Part shown: positions 17,704-26,703 of the stretch, piece by piece
Layout of the letters: the number at the start of each line of letters is the position of its first letter
Numbering within the stretch: position 1 is the stretch's first letter
NCBI GenBank assembly: GCA_050250895.1
Contig: JBFWNU010000003.1
Coordinates: 523,302 to 587,301, forward strand
From: Vulcanimicrobiota bacterium
GTDB lineage: Bacteria > Vulcanimicrobiota > Xenobia > Xenobiales > JADMJV01
Direction of reading: 5' to 3'
Length of the DNA stretch: 64,000 nt
Notes under the pieces: generated by a model
The model's database searches: none
The model's input: only the letters and a program-made list of their open reading frames with translations
Told to the model about the DNA's origin: nothing
Position numbers and translations under genes: made by a program

Positions 17704-20352
17704 TTGCGACAGGTAGTTGGTCTGGATCTGGGCACCTCGAACTCGACTCTGGCTCGAGTGCTGCCCGATTCGAACCAGCTCGAGACGGTTCCCATTCTGC
17801 AGCGGGTGTCAGCCACCGAGACGGCTACCCGCAACCTGTTGCCGTCGTTTTTGTATCTGCCCGGCGGCCACGAGCTGGCCGCCGACGCCATGACCTTGCC
17901 CTGGGACGAAGACCGCGACTATCTGGTGGGCGAGTTCGCCCGCGAGCAGGGGGCCCGGGTGCCGGGGAGGGTGGTCTCGTCGGCCAAGAGCTGGCTGGCT
18001 CATCGCAAGCTCGATCCCACCGAGCCGATCTTGCCCTGGGAGCGGGCCAAGGACCTCGACCCCATCAGCCCGGTCGAGGCCACCTCGCGCTATCTGCTAC
18101 ACCTGGTCGAATCCTGGAATCATCAGTTTCCCGAAGAAAGCCTGCAAAATCAAGAAGTCATCCTGACCGTTCCCGCCTCGTTTGACGAGCTGGCCCGCAA
18201 GCTCACCGCCGGAGCGGCGGCCGAGAACGGTCTGGCCGTGCGCCTGTTGGAAGAGCCGCAGGCGGCCTTCTATTCGTGGTTGTGGCGCCATCCCAAAGAC
18301 TGGAAGAAGCTGGTCGAGGTCGACGAGCATATCCTGGTCTGCGACATCGGCGGCGGAACCACCGACTTCACCCTCATCAAGTTGGGCGAAGGCGGCTTCG
18401 AGCGCGTGGCCGTGGGCGACCACCTGATGCTCGGCGGCGACAATCTCGACATCGCCCTGGCCCATCACGTCGAGCCGCGCCTGGGAGCCAAGCTCGATCT
18501 CTTGCAGTGGGGCGTGTTGCGCCACCAGTGCCGGCGGGCCAAAGAGCTGTTGCTCTCAGACGACCCGCCCGACGAAGCCAACATCACCGTGCCCGGCAGC
18601 GGCGCTCGCATGTTGAAAGGGGCGCTCACCGACACCCTCCGCCGCGAAGAGGTGGAAAGGCTGGTGCTCGACGGCTTCTTTCCCACCCTCGCCAAAGACG
18701 ACATCGAGTCGCCGGAGGCGGCCCGCAAAGGCTTGAAGGAGTGGGGTCTTCCCTATGAGTCGGATGCGGCCGTGCCGCGCCATCTGGCCCGCTTTCTGGC
18801 CGTGCAGAAGGCCCCCGTGCCGGCCAAAGTCTTGTTCAACGGCGGGGCCTGCCGGCCGCCGGCCCTGCGCCGGCGGTTGCTCGACATCTTGAGCGAGTGG
18901 CGCGGGCAAGAGGTGAGCGAACTCGAAAACCCCGAGTCGGATTTGGCTGTGGCCCGGGGAGCGGCCTGGTTTGGCCATCTGCGCCGCAGCGGCGGCATGC
19001 GGATCGGGGGCGGCAGCGCCCGCTCCTACTACCTCGGTCTGGCCGACCAGAAGGCCCTGTGCGTGGTGCCGCGCAACCTGGTTGAAGGCCACCGCATCGA
19101 CCTGGCCGAGCCCGAGTTGAAACTGCTGGTCAACCAGCCCGCCCGCTTTCCGCTGTTTTCTAGCTCCAACCGGGTCGAGGACGAACCGGGCGATCTGGTG
19201 GATATCGAGGCCTTGGCCGACCTGGGGCCGCTCGAGACGGTGGTCAAGGCCACCAAAGCGCGCAAGAACGAGGTCTCTGTCCATCTGTCGGCCGAGGTCA
19301 CCGAGGTAGGCACCCTCGACCTGTGGGCCCAGAGCGACAGCCATCGCTATTCGCTGGAGTTTCCTATTCGCGAGGGTTCGGCCGCCGGAGCCGCAGTCGA
19401 GTTGCAGTCGCGCAAAGTGCGCGAGGCCCGTGCTTTGATCGAGGAGACCTTCAATCTCAAGCCGTCCAAGCTGGGCAAGGCTCTGGCCCGCCCGCGCACG
19501 ATGCTCAGTGTGCTCGAGAGCCAGATGGGGCCGCGCGAGGAGTGGTCGCTGCCGCTCAACCGGGCCTTCTGGGACAGCCTCAACGCGGTGGCCCGGCGGC
19601 GCCGGGTCGAGCCCGAGTACGAGGCCGGCTGGTTCAACGCGGTGGGTTACTGTTTGCGGCCGGGGTTCGGGGTAGCCCTCGACGAGTGGCGCATCGACCA
19701 GATGGCCGAGGTGCTCGACGGTTGGATGCAGTTTCCCAAGGACGACAAGGTCAAGGTTCAGTTCTGGATCATGTGGCGAAGGTTGGCTCCCGGCTTGCCC
19801 ACTTCGGTGCAACTCGAGCTATGGAACCAGCTCCACCCGGTGCTCTTGCCCGGACGCAAGCACATCAAGACTCGCAACAAAGGCCAGCGGGGAGCTGACG
19901 AAGAGAAAGAGATGCTGCGCCTGGCCGTTAGCCTCGAGCGGGTGCCTCCCGACGAGAAGGTGGCCCTGGGCGGGCTGCTGATGAGTCGCTTTAGCGGGGC
20001 TGACGAGGATTTCTGGCTGATGGCCCGGCTGGCCACCCGCGAGCCGCTGGGCGGTTCGGTCGACCGGGTGGTCGAGCCGGCGGTGGTCGAGGGTTGGGTG
20101 GACCAGATGTTGGCCTCGAGCTGGCAGTCCAAGCGACTGGCCTGTCTGGCTCTGGTCGAGACGGTCAGAATCACCGGTGACCGTGGTCGCGACGTCGATC
20201 CGGCCCTGGTGGACCGCGTCTCGGAGCGGCTGGTCAAAGCCGGTCAGGCCGAGCGCTTCGAGCCCGTGCTGCGAGGTGAGGCCCTCGAGCAGCAAGAGGA
20301 CCGGGCGGCCCTGCTGGGCGATGCCCTGCCGGTGGGCCTGCGGCTCGCCTGA
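17704..20352 (+). CDS. Hsp70-family protein with long C-terminal helical extension (DUF3731-like)
   Basis: GLDLGTSN, TVPASFD, LLEEPQAA, DIGGGTTD; C-terminal WFNAVGYCLRPGFG..LDEWR, WIMWRR, TGDRGRD, GDALPVGLRL. Confidence 0.92.
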   Translation: MRQVVGLDLGTSNSTLARVLPDSNQLETVPILQRVSATETATRNLLPSFLYLPGGHELAADAMTLPWDEDRDYLVGEFAREQGARVPGRVVSSAKSWLAHRKLDPTEPILPWERAKDLDPISPVEATSRYLLHLVESWNHQFPEESLQNQEVILTVPASFDELARKLTAGAAAENGLAVRLLEEPQAAFYSWLWRHPKDWKKLVEVDEHILVCDIGGGTTDFTLIKLGEGGFERVAVGDHLMLGGDNLDIALAHHVEPRLGAKLDLLQWGVLRHQCRRAKELLLSDDPPDEANITVPGSGARMLKGALTDTLRREEVERLVLDGFFPTLAKDDIESPEAARKGLKEWGLPYESDAAVPRHLARFLAVQKAPVPAKVLFNGGACRPPALRRRLLDILSEWRGQEVSELENPESDLAVARGAAWFGHLRRSGGMRIGGGSARSYYLGLADQKALCVVPRNLVEGHRIDLAEPELKLLVNQPARFPLFSSSNRVEDEPGDLVDIEALADLGPLETVVKATKARKNEVSVHLSAEVTEVGTLDLWAQSDSHRYSLEFPIREGSAAGAAVELQSRKVREARALIEETFNLKPSKLGKALARPRTMLSVLESQMGPREEWSLPLNRAFWDSLNAVARRRRVEPEYEAGWFNAVGYCLRPGFGVALDEWRIDQMAEVLDGWMQFPKDDKVKVQFWIMWRRLAPGLPTSVQLELWNQLHPVLLPGRKHIKTRNKGQRGADEEKEMLRLAVSLERVPPDEKVALGGLLMSRFSGADEDFWLMARLATREPLGGSVDRVVEPAVVEGWVDQMLASSWQSKRLACLALVETVRITGDRGRDVDPALVDRVSERLVKAGQAERFEPVLRGEALEQQEDRAALLGDALPVGLRLA

Positions 20353-20353
20353 C

Positions 20354-20376
20354 GGTGGACGGCCGAGCCGTCCACC
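20354..20376. terminator. Hairpin between convergent genes (probable terminator)
   Basis: GGTGGACGGC-CGA-GCCGTCCACC 10-bp stem; weak U tail. Confidence 0.55.
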
Positions 20377-20383
20377 AGGGGGT

Positions 20384-20671
20384 TTAGTGCGCCACGAGTT
20401 GGCGACCGAGTTTCTCGAAGGCCTCGATGGCTGCCTGTTCGAGCTGCTGCTTCATGGTCGGGTCGAAGATGTCGGCATACTTGAAGTAGCCTCGATCGTC
20501 GTCGAGCTTGCGACCCGGCATCCCTAGAAAGTAGCCGTTGTCGTTCTTGTACAGCTTGGCCCGAATACGAAACGGCCCGTAGCCAATGGAAACCGCGGCC
20601 ACTCCGCTTCCTTCACCGTCCTTCGAGAAGGGGGTGATTTTCAGGATCTGCGGTTCTACTTTGTCGTTCAT
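20384..20671 (-). CDS. spoVG: SpoVG-like nucleic-acid-binding protein
   Basis: 95 aa; A.VSI....F.IR....NGYFLGMPGRK...G.F..ADI.....QQLEQAAIEAF parallels SpoVG NGLFVAMPSKR...GEFRDI. Confidence 0.65.
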   Translation of the reverse strand: MNDKVEPQILKITPFSKDGEGSGVAAVSIGYGPFRIRAKLYKNDNGYFLGMPGRKLDDDRGYFKYADIFDPTMKQQLEQAAIEAFEKLGRQLVAH

Positions 20672-20818
20672 GATACGCTCCAGTTGTATGTTGTGGCGAG
20701 ACTTGTCTTGTCTCGCTAGCAGTCTAGCAGCGTCTTTCGGACCGTCAGTTTGCCGTCGGATGACAGGCTGATTGCAACGGTATGAACTTTGTATGAACAG
20801 CGAACGGCCGTGTGTTCG

Positions 20819-21310
20819 CTAACGAACCAGCTGGTCGAGATCGACGCCGTAGAGCTTCGCATTCTTGTGCATCAGGCCTTTGCGGCTCACGTCGTTTTGG
20901 CCGCGGACACCGGCCTCTACCAGGTCGAGAAAGGTGTGCCAGCCCATGGCGTTCTGTTTTTCGAACCGCTCCAGGATGGGCAGGTGCGTCAGGCGTAGCC
21001 AGACTTCATCCCCTTCGGGCTCGAGTTCGAGGGTGAGGTACGACTCGGGATACTCTGACCTTTCCTGGCCCGGCTCGAAGACATTCCAGGTGTAGACCAG
21101 TTTGCGAGGAGGGTGCCATTGGGTGACGGTGCCGCGAATGTGCCCGCCCATCAAGCTCACCGCGCCGCCGACCCGAGGTTCTATCGAACCTTCTCCGAAC
21201 CACTCCGGCAGCAGTTCGGCCTTGGTCAGATAGTCCCAAACGCGCTCGATGGGGCCGGGCAATCGTCGCTCGAAGCTGACTTTGAGAACTCGTGAACTTT
21301 CGCCTTTCAT
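20819..21310 (-). CDS. SRPBCC/AHSA1 domain protein
   Basis: FERRLPGPIERVWDYLT..ELLPEWF, PPRKLVYTW, LRLTH, GWHTFLD; ATGA-coupled to the ArsR gene. Confidence 0.9.
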   Translation of the reverse strand: MKGESSRVLKVSFERRLPGPIERVWDYLTKAELLPEWFGEGSIEPRVGGAVSLMGGHIRGTVTQWHPPRKLVYTWNVFEPGQERSEYPESYLTLELEPEGDEVWLRLTHLPILERFEKQNAMGWHTFLDLVEAGVRGQNDVSRKGLMHKNAKLYGVDLDQLVR

Positions 21311-21615
21311 GACGACTCCTTTCGTTTGAGCGCGTCTTCCAACGCATCAAGTCGCGGGACCCAAAAGGCCCGCATCTGGTCGACCCAGGCGACCAGTTCC
21401 AGCATGCCCATCGGTTCGAGTTCGTAGATGCGCCGCTGGGCCTCGGGCCTGACTTTTACCAGTCCGGCTTGCCTGAGGGTCTTGAGGTGTTGAGAGATGG
21501 CGGGGGCGCTGACCTCGAACTGCTCGGCCAATTCGCCAGAGCTACGCGGTCCTCGGGCTAAAATCTCGACCAGCCGTCGCCGGGTGGGATCGGCCAACGC
21601 TCTCATTGCCTCCAT
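21307..21615 (-). CDS. ArsR/SmtB-family transcriptional regulator
   Basis: ALADPTRRRLVEIL...SGELA..F..SAPAISQHLKTLRQAGLV...AQRRIY; true start ATG 21615 inside the longer track ORF. Confidence 0.93.
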   Translation of the reverse strand: MEAMRALADPTRRRLVEILARGPRSSGELAEQFEVSAPAISQHLKTLRQAGLVKVRPEAQRRIYELEPMGMLELVAWVDQMRAFWVPRLDALEDALKRKESS

Positions 21616-21621
21616 TGTGGA

Positions 21622-21650
21622 ATAATAAACCACTTGCTTAATTAAGTCAA
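21622..21650 (-). promoter_or_regulatory. Sigma70-type promoter for the arsR-SRPBCC operon (leaderless), overlapping a probable ArsR operator
   Basis: Minus strand TTGACT-N17-TATTAT, then 6 nt to the ATG; palindrome CTTAATTAAG overlapping the -35/spacer. Confidence 0.75.
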
Positions 21651-21693
21651 TGCTAAAATAGGAAGAGATCGGACCAGCGCGAAGTCGCTCGGC

Positions 21694-22752
21694 TTGAACG
21701 TCTTCGATGAGCAGCTTCGGGTCAACCTTGGCTCGACCACCGTACCCCCGGCGCCGACCCTGGTAGGGGCACCCCAAATAAGCTGGTTCCATGAGTCGGG
21801 GCGCTCGAAGGGCCGCTACGTGGCCCTGGCCGGTAGTCTGGCGGTGGTGGGCGTGCATGGCGAGCAGCCAACCTGGGACTATTACGAAGACATCGATTTT
21901 CAGACTCAGGTGATCGACCTGGTTGATGGCGTTCGCCGTTGGCACCGGGACGATTGCGTGCCCCGGGGAGTGGTGGAGGGAGTGGTGGTGGTCAGTCCCC
22001 CTGGTTCGGGAGAACTCGAAGGGCACGCGCTAGAGACCGGGTCCAGCCTGTGGAAGGCCAGACTGCCCGGAGACCACTTCAAGCTGGTGGAAGGCTCCAT
22101 CTATAGCTGGCGCGACAACACCCTTTACCAGGCATCCTGGGCGGACCCGAACAGGGCCCCCGAGGCGCCCACCAAACGCCAGCTCGAGCTGGTCTCGGAC
22201 GTGCGCCGGCGCGATGGTCTGGTGCTGGTGACCAGTTGGCGGGCAAAGCCCCAGGTCACCGTCTTTCACCGGGTCTGGCGCGGGGAGCAGGCTGTCTGGG
22301 AGTGGGATTCAAGCCAGGCCGGCGACAGCGACGTTCTGCTCGACGAACACGGCTGGGTCTTGCGCACCTCGCAGGTGCTCGAGGGCTACTCTGGCCTGGG
22401 CGAGCGGCTGTGGGCGGGACCGGGCTACGGCCGTTGCTGGATGTCGCCGAGCTGGGTTGTCGGGGTTGACTCTCACGAGCAGCTTTGGGCGGTGGAGCGC
22501 CTGACCGGCCAGCGCCATCCAGGACCGGCGTGCCCAGGCGGCTGCTGGGAGGTGACCATCAGCGGCGATTCTGGCTGGCTGGTCGAACGCCGGACTCGCA
22601 TGCTGACCGGTTTTCGGCTCAGGGGCGAGGTATTCCATCGAGAACGCCAACCGGAGGGGCTGGGTACCTATGGAATCAACCGGCTCTACCCGTGGAATGG
22701 CGGCCTGATCGCGGCGGGCGACGGAGGAAACCTCGCTTTTCTGACCGTCTGA
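21694..22752 (+). CDS. Hypothetical protein, PQQ-like beta-propeller repeats
   Basis: Blade-end motifs IDLVDGVRRW, ALETGSSLWK, GLGERLW, AVERLTGQR. Confidence 0.6.
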   Translation: MNVFDEQLRVNLGSTTVPPAPTLVGAPQISWFHESGRSKGRYVALAGSLAVVGVHGEQPTWDYYEDIDFQTQVIDLVDGVRRWHRDDCVPRGVVEGVVVVSPPGSGELEGHALETGSSLWKARLPGDHFKLVEGSIYSWRDNTLYQASWADPNRAPEAPTKRQLELVSDVRRRDGLVLVTSWRAKPQVTVFHRVWRGEQAVWEWDSSQAGDSDVLLDEHGWVLRTSQVLEGYSGLGERLWAGPGYGRCWMSPSWVVGVDSHEQLWAVERLTGQRHPGPACPGGCWEVTISGDSGWLVERRTRMLTGFRLRGEVFHRERQPEGLGTYGINRLYPWNGGLIAAGDGGNLAFLTV

Positions 22753-22829
22753 GTACGAGAGGTCGGTGTCGGACGCTCGTCGAAACCTATAATCTGGAAG
22801 TATTCTGACTATCATCACAGGGGGACCGG

Positions 22830-24998
22830 ATGGCTCGCAAATCCCGTGGCTTTAGCTTCATCGAGGTGATGGTGGTCATCTTCTTGCTGAGTTTGATGCT
22901 CGGGGCGGGCTCTCTCACCCTGCGCAAGTCGGTGAACCGGCAGGGCTCCAAGGGTCTGGCTCTGTCGCTTGCTTCCGAACTGCGAGCCGTGCGGGCCCAG
23001 GCTCAGCGAAAGCAGCACTACGTGGCCGCTTGTTTTCCCAACGACGGCGGCACTACTCCGCTCAGTCTTGCTTTCGCCCAGCGCGAGGGGGCCGATCAGG
23101 GGCGCTTGACCCGCGTTCGCGATTTCGACCGCGACTACCACGCCGTCTTCTTTATCGGGACATGGCCCGTGGCGGGCACGCCCATGGCTGCTGCCACCAC
23201 CTCAGGCTACACCTCGGGAGGCACCCTCGACCTGACCGGTTGGATGGCCGGCGCCGACGAGTATGCCGTGGTCTTCGGGCCTGACGGCTCGGTGCGCAGC
23301 AACGGCCTGCCGACCGTCGACGGCGAGATCGTGGTGCTAGTGTGTGGGGGTGCCCAGGCGACGCCTGGTCCCGACGGTTATTTCCAGGCCAGCGGCGCGG
23401 TCGACCCGATGTCGGTGGTGATCAGTCCCACCGGCACCATTCGGGTCGTGCCTGGTGTCTATCGCTCCACCGGCCTGGCCGCTACTTCGGGCAACCTGGC
23501 CGTAGCTGCCACCCCCAAGCTACCCGCCGTGGCCGGTAACACGCCCCCGAGCATTGACGAGGTCAGCTTCTTTCCCACCGAGAATCCGGCCCTGAAGCAC
23601 TCCTCGTTGAGTCAGACCTATATTCGAATTCATCCCCAACCCCCCGGCGAAGAGTCCCTCGAATATGGTCTCATGACTTTGGTGATCAAGGCTAGCGACC
23701 CTGAGGGCGGACCCTTGTACTTCGATTGTCAATGTGATTCGACCGATGGGTTGGCCGGCAACTTCAGCACGCCCAACACCGGACGGATGGAGTGGGTGAA
23801 GGACCACTGGGAAGCGAGCGTCAGCTGGCGTCCTTCCAATGAGTCCAAGCCCGGCACGACCTTCGAGTATGTCTTGACGGTGACCGACCCCGCCGGCCTG
23901 ACGACCGTGGCGGACAGCGGTAGCAAATTGCCCACGCTGGATACCATCGCGGCCGGACGTCTGGCCGTCGAGTCTTATGACGGCGTCGTGCGTATCGGTA
24001 ATCTCGATGGCTCTGACCTGGCCCGCCTGACGCCCGAGGGCGAAGAAGACCGCGCGCCTCATTTCACCTTCGACGGAACCCACCTGGTCACGCTCTCGGG
24101 CACTGAGCTTCGAGACGTCATGGTCCAGAACTCCGACGGCACCGACCGCCATCTGGTCAAGACTTTGCCGGAGCACGTCGAAGCCCTCACCCTCGACCCC
24201 AGCTCCACCCAGCTCGCCTATGCCGTCGAGGGCGAGCCCCAGCTCGTCATCACCACGAGCGGCGATGAGTTTAGCAACGACGCCTACGCTATCGGCACTT
24301 TGCATGTGGTCAGCGGGGCCGGACGCGAAATCACCGACAAAGCTAACGCGCCGGGTGTGTGGCTGCCGACCAAACCCAAGACGCTTCTCTACGCCGAGCC
24401 GGCAGCAGACGATGACGACCCTCAGGGCTGGTCCCTCTCGAAGTTCGTGCTCGAATTGTCGGGCTATCCTCCCCGGGGCAGCGGGGTCGGCCTGCCCGAA
24501 GACAGTGATACCAACTACATCGAAGGGGCTGTCTACAATCCCGCTTATCCTCTATACGCGGTGTTCTTCAGCATGCGCTTCGATGAAGCCGATCCTGAAG
24601 CGCCCGGAACGGCGGTTCTGAAGATGGCCGGGCCGGACGGCTTTCAGGTCACCGTGGCCGAACTCCAATCGATGCCTCTGGACCCGCTCAAAGCCGTCTC
24701 GTGGTCAGGCAACGGTAGAGCCCTGGTCTATCTCGACGGCTCGACCATCTACGTGGCCCCGTCGGGGTTGGGGTCGTCCGGAGACCCCGACCCACCGGTC
24801 GGAGAGGCCATCGACACCGGCTCGCTCGAAACGATTTCTCCGCGCCTGTCACCCGACGGCCGCTATGCGTATTTCTTGGGCCGCACCGACAGCGAAAGCC
24901 CCTATGATCTTTACCGTATCGTGGTCGGGTCCGGTGTGGCCCCGATTCAGCTAACCTATGGCCTGGGCGGAGCCGTCAATTATGACATTACGCGCTAG
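22830..24998 (+). CDS. Large GspH/FimT-like minor pilin with Ig-like segment and TolB/PD40-like propeller (cluster 2)
   Basis: RG|FSFIEVMVVIFLL; LASELRAVRAQA; NTPPSI...ASDPEG...VTDPAGLT; PHFTFDG, VSWSGNG, PRLSPDG. Confidence 0.82.
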   Translation: MARKSRGFSFIEVMVVIFLLSLMLGAGSLTLRKSVNRQGSKGLALSLASELRAVRAQAQRKQHYVAACFPNDGGTTPLSLAFAQREGADQGRLTRVRDFDRDYHAVFFIGTWPVAGTPMAAATTSGYTSGGTLDLTGWMAGADEYAVVFGPDGSVRSNGLPTVDGEIVVLVCGGAQATPGPDGYFQASGAVDPMSVVISPTGTIRVVPGVYRSTGLAATSGNLAVAATPKLPAVAGNTPPSIDEVSFFPTENPALKHSSLSQTYIRIHPQPPGEESLEYGLMTLVIKASDPEGGPLYFDCQCDSTDGLAGNFSTPNTGRMEWVKDHWEASVSWRPSNESKPGTTFEYVLTVTDPAGLTTVADSGSKLPTLDTIAAGRLAVESYDGVVRIGNLDGSDLARLTPEGEEDRAPHFTFDGTHLVTLSGTELRDVMVQNSDGTDRHLVKTLPEHVEALTLDPSSTQLAYAVEGEPQLVITTSGDEFSNDAYAIGTLHVVSGAGREITDKANAPGVWLPTKPKTLLYAEPAADDDDPQGWSLSKFVLELSGYPPRGSGVGLPEDSDTNYIEGAVYNPAYPLYAVFFSMRFDEADPEAPGTAVLKMAGPDGFQVTVAELQSMPLDPLKAVSWSGNGRALVYLDGSTIYVAPSGLGSSGDPDPPVGEAIDTGSLETISPRLSPDGRYAYFLGRTDSESPYDLYRIVVGSGVAPIQLTYGLGGAVNYDITR

Positions 24999-25767
24999 AA
25001 CCGGCTTCACGCTGGTCGAAGCGCTGATCGCCACCTTCGTCATCACGACCGCTTTGTTGCTTTGCATCTGGCTGATCGATGCCTCGCTACGCCACATGGC
25101 CGAAAGCGAGCGGCGACAGTTGGGAACGGTGCTGGCCGAGAACGCTCTCGAGGAGATGCGCCAGTTCGCGGATGCTAATTTCGGGGCCGGCCTGACCTCT
25201 TTTGACGGCGTTACCCGGCAGCATCCCGAATACCCCCAGTTCGAGGTCAAGACTCACGCCGCGCTGCAGCCTCTCTCGAGCCCCTGCACTTCGCTGGAAT
25301 GGGATTTTACCTCTGGCCTGGGATTTCCGGGTCTCGAGCGTAAGGTGCTCGAAGAATCGGCCTGGCTGGTCGAGGCCGAAGTCAGCTGGTCACCGAGAGC
25401 GGCCGATCGGGTGGTGCTGACTTCTCTCATCGGAGACTGGCGCAACCCAAGCTTCTCTGTGGCCGTCGACCCCGATGAGGCTACTGTCGCCGCCGACGGA
25501 GAGGTCACCTTCAAAGCCACCGCCAGTGATGCCTATGGCGCACCGCTACCCGACCTGGTCTTCACCTGGTACGTTCGACCCCGCGATGGCAATGGGACGA
25601 TGTGGAAGGTGAGCCGTGACGGCCGCATCAGTATCTACCGTAATACCGTCCGGACCTATACGGGCGAGTGGGCCACCGTGCCTGGTGCCTGCGAGGTGGT
25701 TGCTCTCGGCTTCTACCGGGGCGAGTTGGTGGAGGGAGTGGCCGTTGTCACCAATGAAGGGGAATAG
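24982..25767 (+). CDS. Prepilin-type protein (PilV-like) with C-terminal Ig-like domain
   Basis: RTG|FTLVEALIATF; LAENALEEMR; V.PDEATVAADGEVTFKATASDAYG. Confidence 0.85.
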   Translation: MTLRARTGFTLVEALIATFVITTALLLCIWLIDASLRHMAESERRQLGTVLAENALEEMRQFADANFGAGLTSFDGVTRQHPEYPQFEVKTHAALQPLSSPCTSLEWDFTSGLGFPGLERKVLEESAWLVEAEVSWSPRAADRVVLTSLIGDWRNPSFSVAVDPDEATVAADGEVTFKATASDAYGAPLPDLVFTWYVRPRDGNGTMWKVSRDGRISIYRNTVRTYTGEWATVPGACEVVALGFYRGELVEGVAVVTNEGE

Positions 25768-26251
25768 GCGGGCGGGGGTGACCTTGTTGGAGGCGCTGAT
25801 CGCGCTCACCCTCTTTTTCTTGCTGCTCTCGAGCATTGCGTTCACTATTCAACAGGCGCTGGCAGCGGCGCGCTTTCAAGAGACTCGAGTCAAGATGGGA
25901 GAACTCTCCCAGGTCGGTCAGCGGCTACGTCAGGACGCCGTCACGGCCATCGCGGTGGACCGCCCAGCCGGTGTGACCGAGCTGCTGCTGACTCGGATCA
26001 ATCCCGAAGTGGGTCTGGCTGATCGCCTCTCGAGTCCCTTTGACACCACCCAGCAGATTCAGGTTCGCTATCGCGAAGAGAACGGGACTTTGCTGCGGAT
26101 CGTCGAGGATATGACGGGGGCTGAGCTGGTTCGTCAGGCGATGCTGCCGGTCAAGTCGTTCACCGTGCCCGAGGTCGACCCTCTGCGAGTCACGGTGGTG
26201 ATGGACGACGACCGTCCTTTGACCTTCGAGATCTGGAGGGCCACCCGATGA
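25754..26251 (+). CDS. Prepilin-type protein (PilW/GspJ-like)
   Basis: MKGNRRAG|VTLLEALIALTLFF; ATG 25754 within the track ORF 25616-26251. Confidence 0.82.
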   Translation: MKGNRRAGVTLLEALIALTLFFLLLSSIAFTIQQALAAARFQETRVKMGELSQVGQRLRQDAVTAIAVDRPAGVTELLLTRINPEVGLADRLSSPFDTTQQIQVRYREENGTLLRIVEDMTGAELVRQAMLPVKSFTVPEVDPLRVTVVMDDDRPLTFEIWRATR

Positions 26252-26703
26252 GGCGACGCCGCGGATTTATCATCATTCTGGCCTTGATCCTCTGTTTGCT
26301 GATCGTGGTCATCGGCCTCGGTTTTCTAGGCATGCGACGCGGCGAGTATGAGGCCGGCGCGTCGGCTGTGGCCGTGGCCGAGGCTCGCAGCGTGGCCCGA
26401 GCCGGCATGGAAGACGCCAAGGTCAAGCTGGCCAAAGACCAGTTCTTTCCCACCGGGGTGGGCGATGAGCAGCTACTCTTCAGCTACTCTGAGGACCTAC
26501 CCGGCTTTACCCGCACCAGTGCCGGGTCCTATCAGGTCACCGTCGACCGCACCCGCAAGTCGAAGGGAGTGGTGGTCATCGAGTCGGTGGGCACGGCGGG
26601 CAGCTTGAAGAGTCCACGCGGCCGCTATGCCATCTCGGCCGAACTCGACCTCGAAGACTATCGTTTCAAGAATTGGAATGAAGGTGTTCTGTCTCAGCGA
26701 TGA
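26248..26703 (+). CDS. PilX/GspK-like minor pilin (short)
   Basis: RRRG|FIIILALIL lacking E5; ARSVARAGMEDA; IESVG. Confidence 0.78.
   Translation: MRRRRGFIIILALILCLLIVVIGLGFLGMRRGEYEAGASAVAVAEARSVARAGMEDAKVKLAKDQFFPTGVGDEQLLFSYSEDLPGFTRTSAGSYQVTVDRTRKSKGVVVIESVGTAGSLKSPRGRYAISAELDLEDYRFKNWNEGVLSQR

Noticed and set aside
15961-20352. dnaK or hscA
   Set aside because: TVPASF rather than TVPAYF, no canonical DLLLLDV linker or substrate-binding domain, and no dnaJ or isc context.
20690-20760. c-di-GMP-I (GEMM) riboswitch upstream of spoVG (GGCAAAC...GAAAGACGC on the minus strand)
   Set aside because: Lacks the GGACGCAAAGC junction and a matching P2 stem and tetraloop receptor. An Infernal search with RF01051 would settle it.
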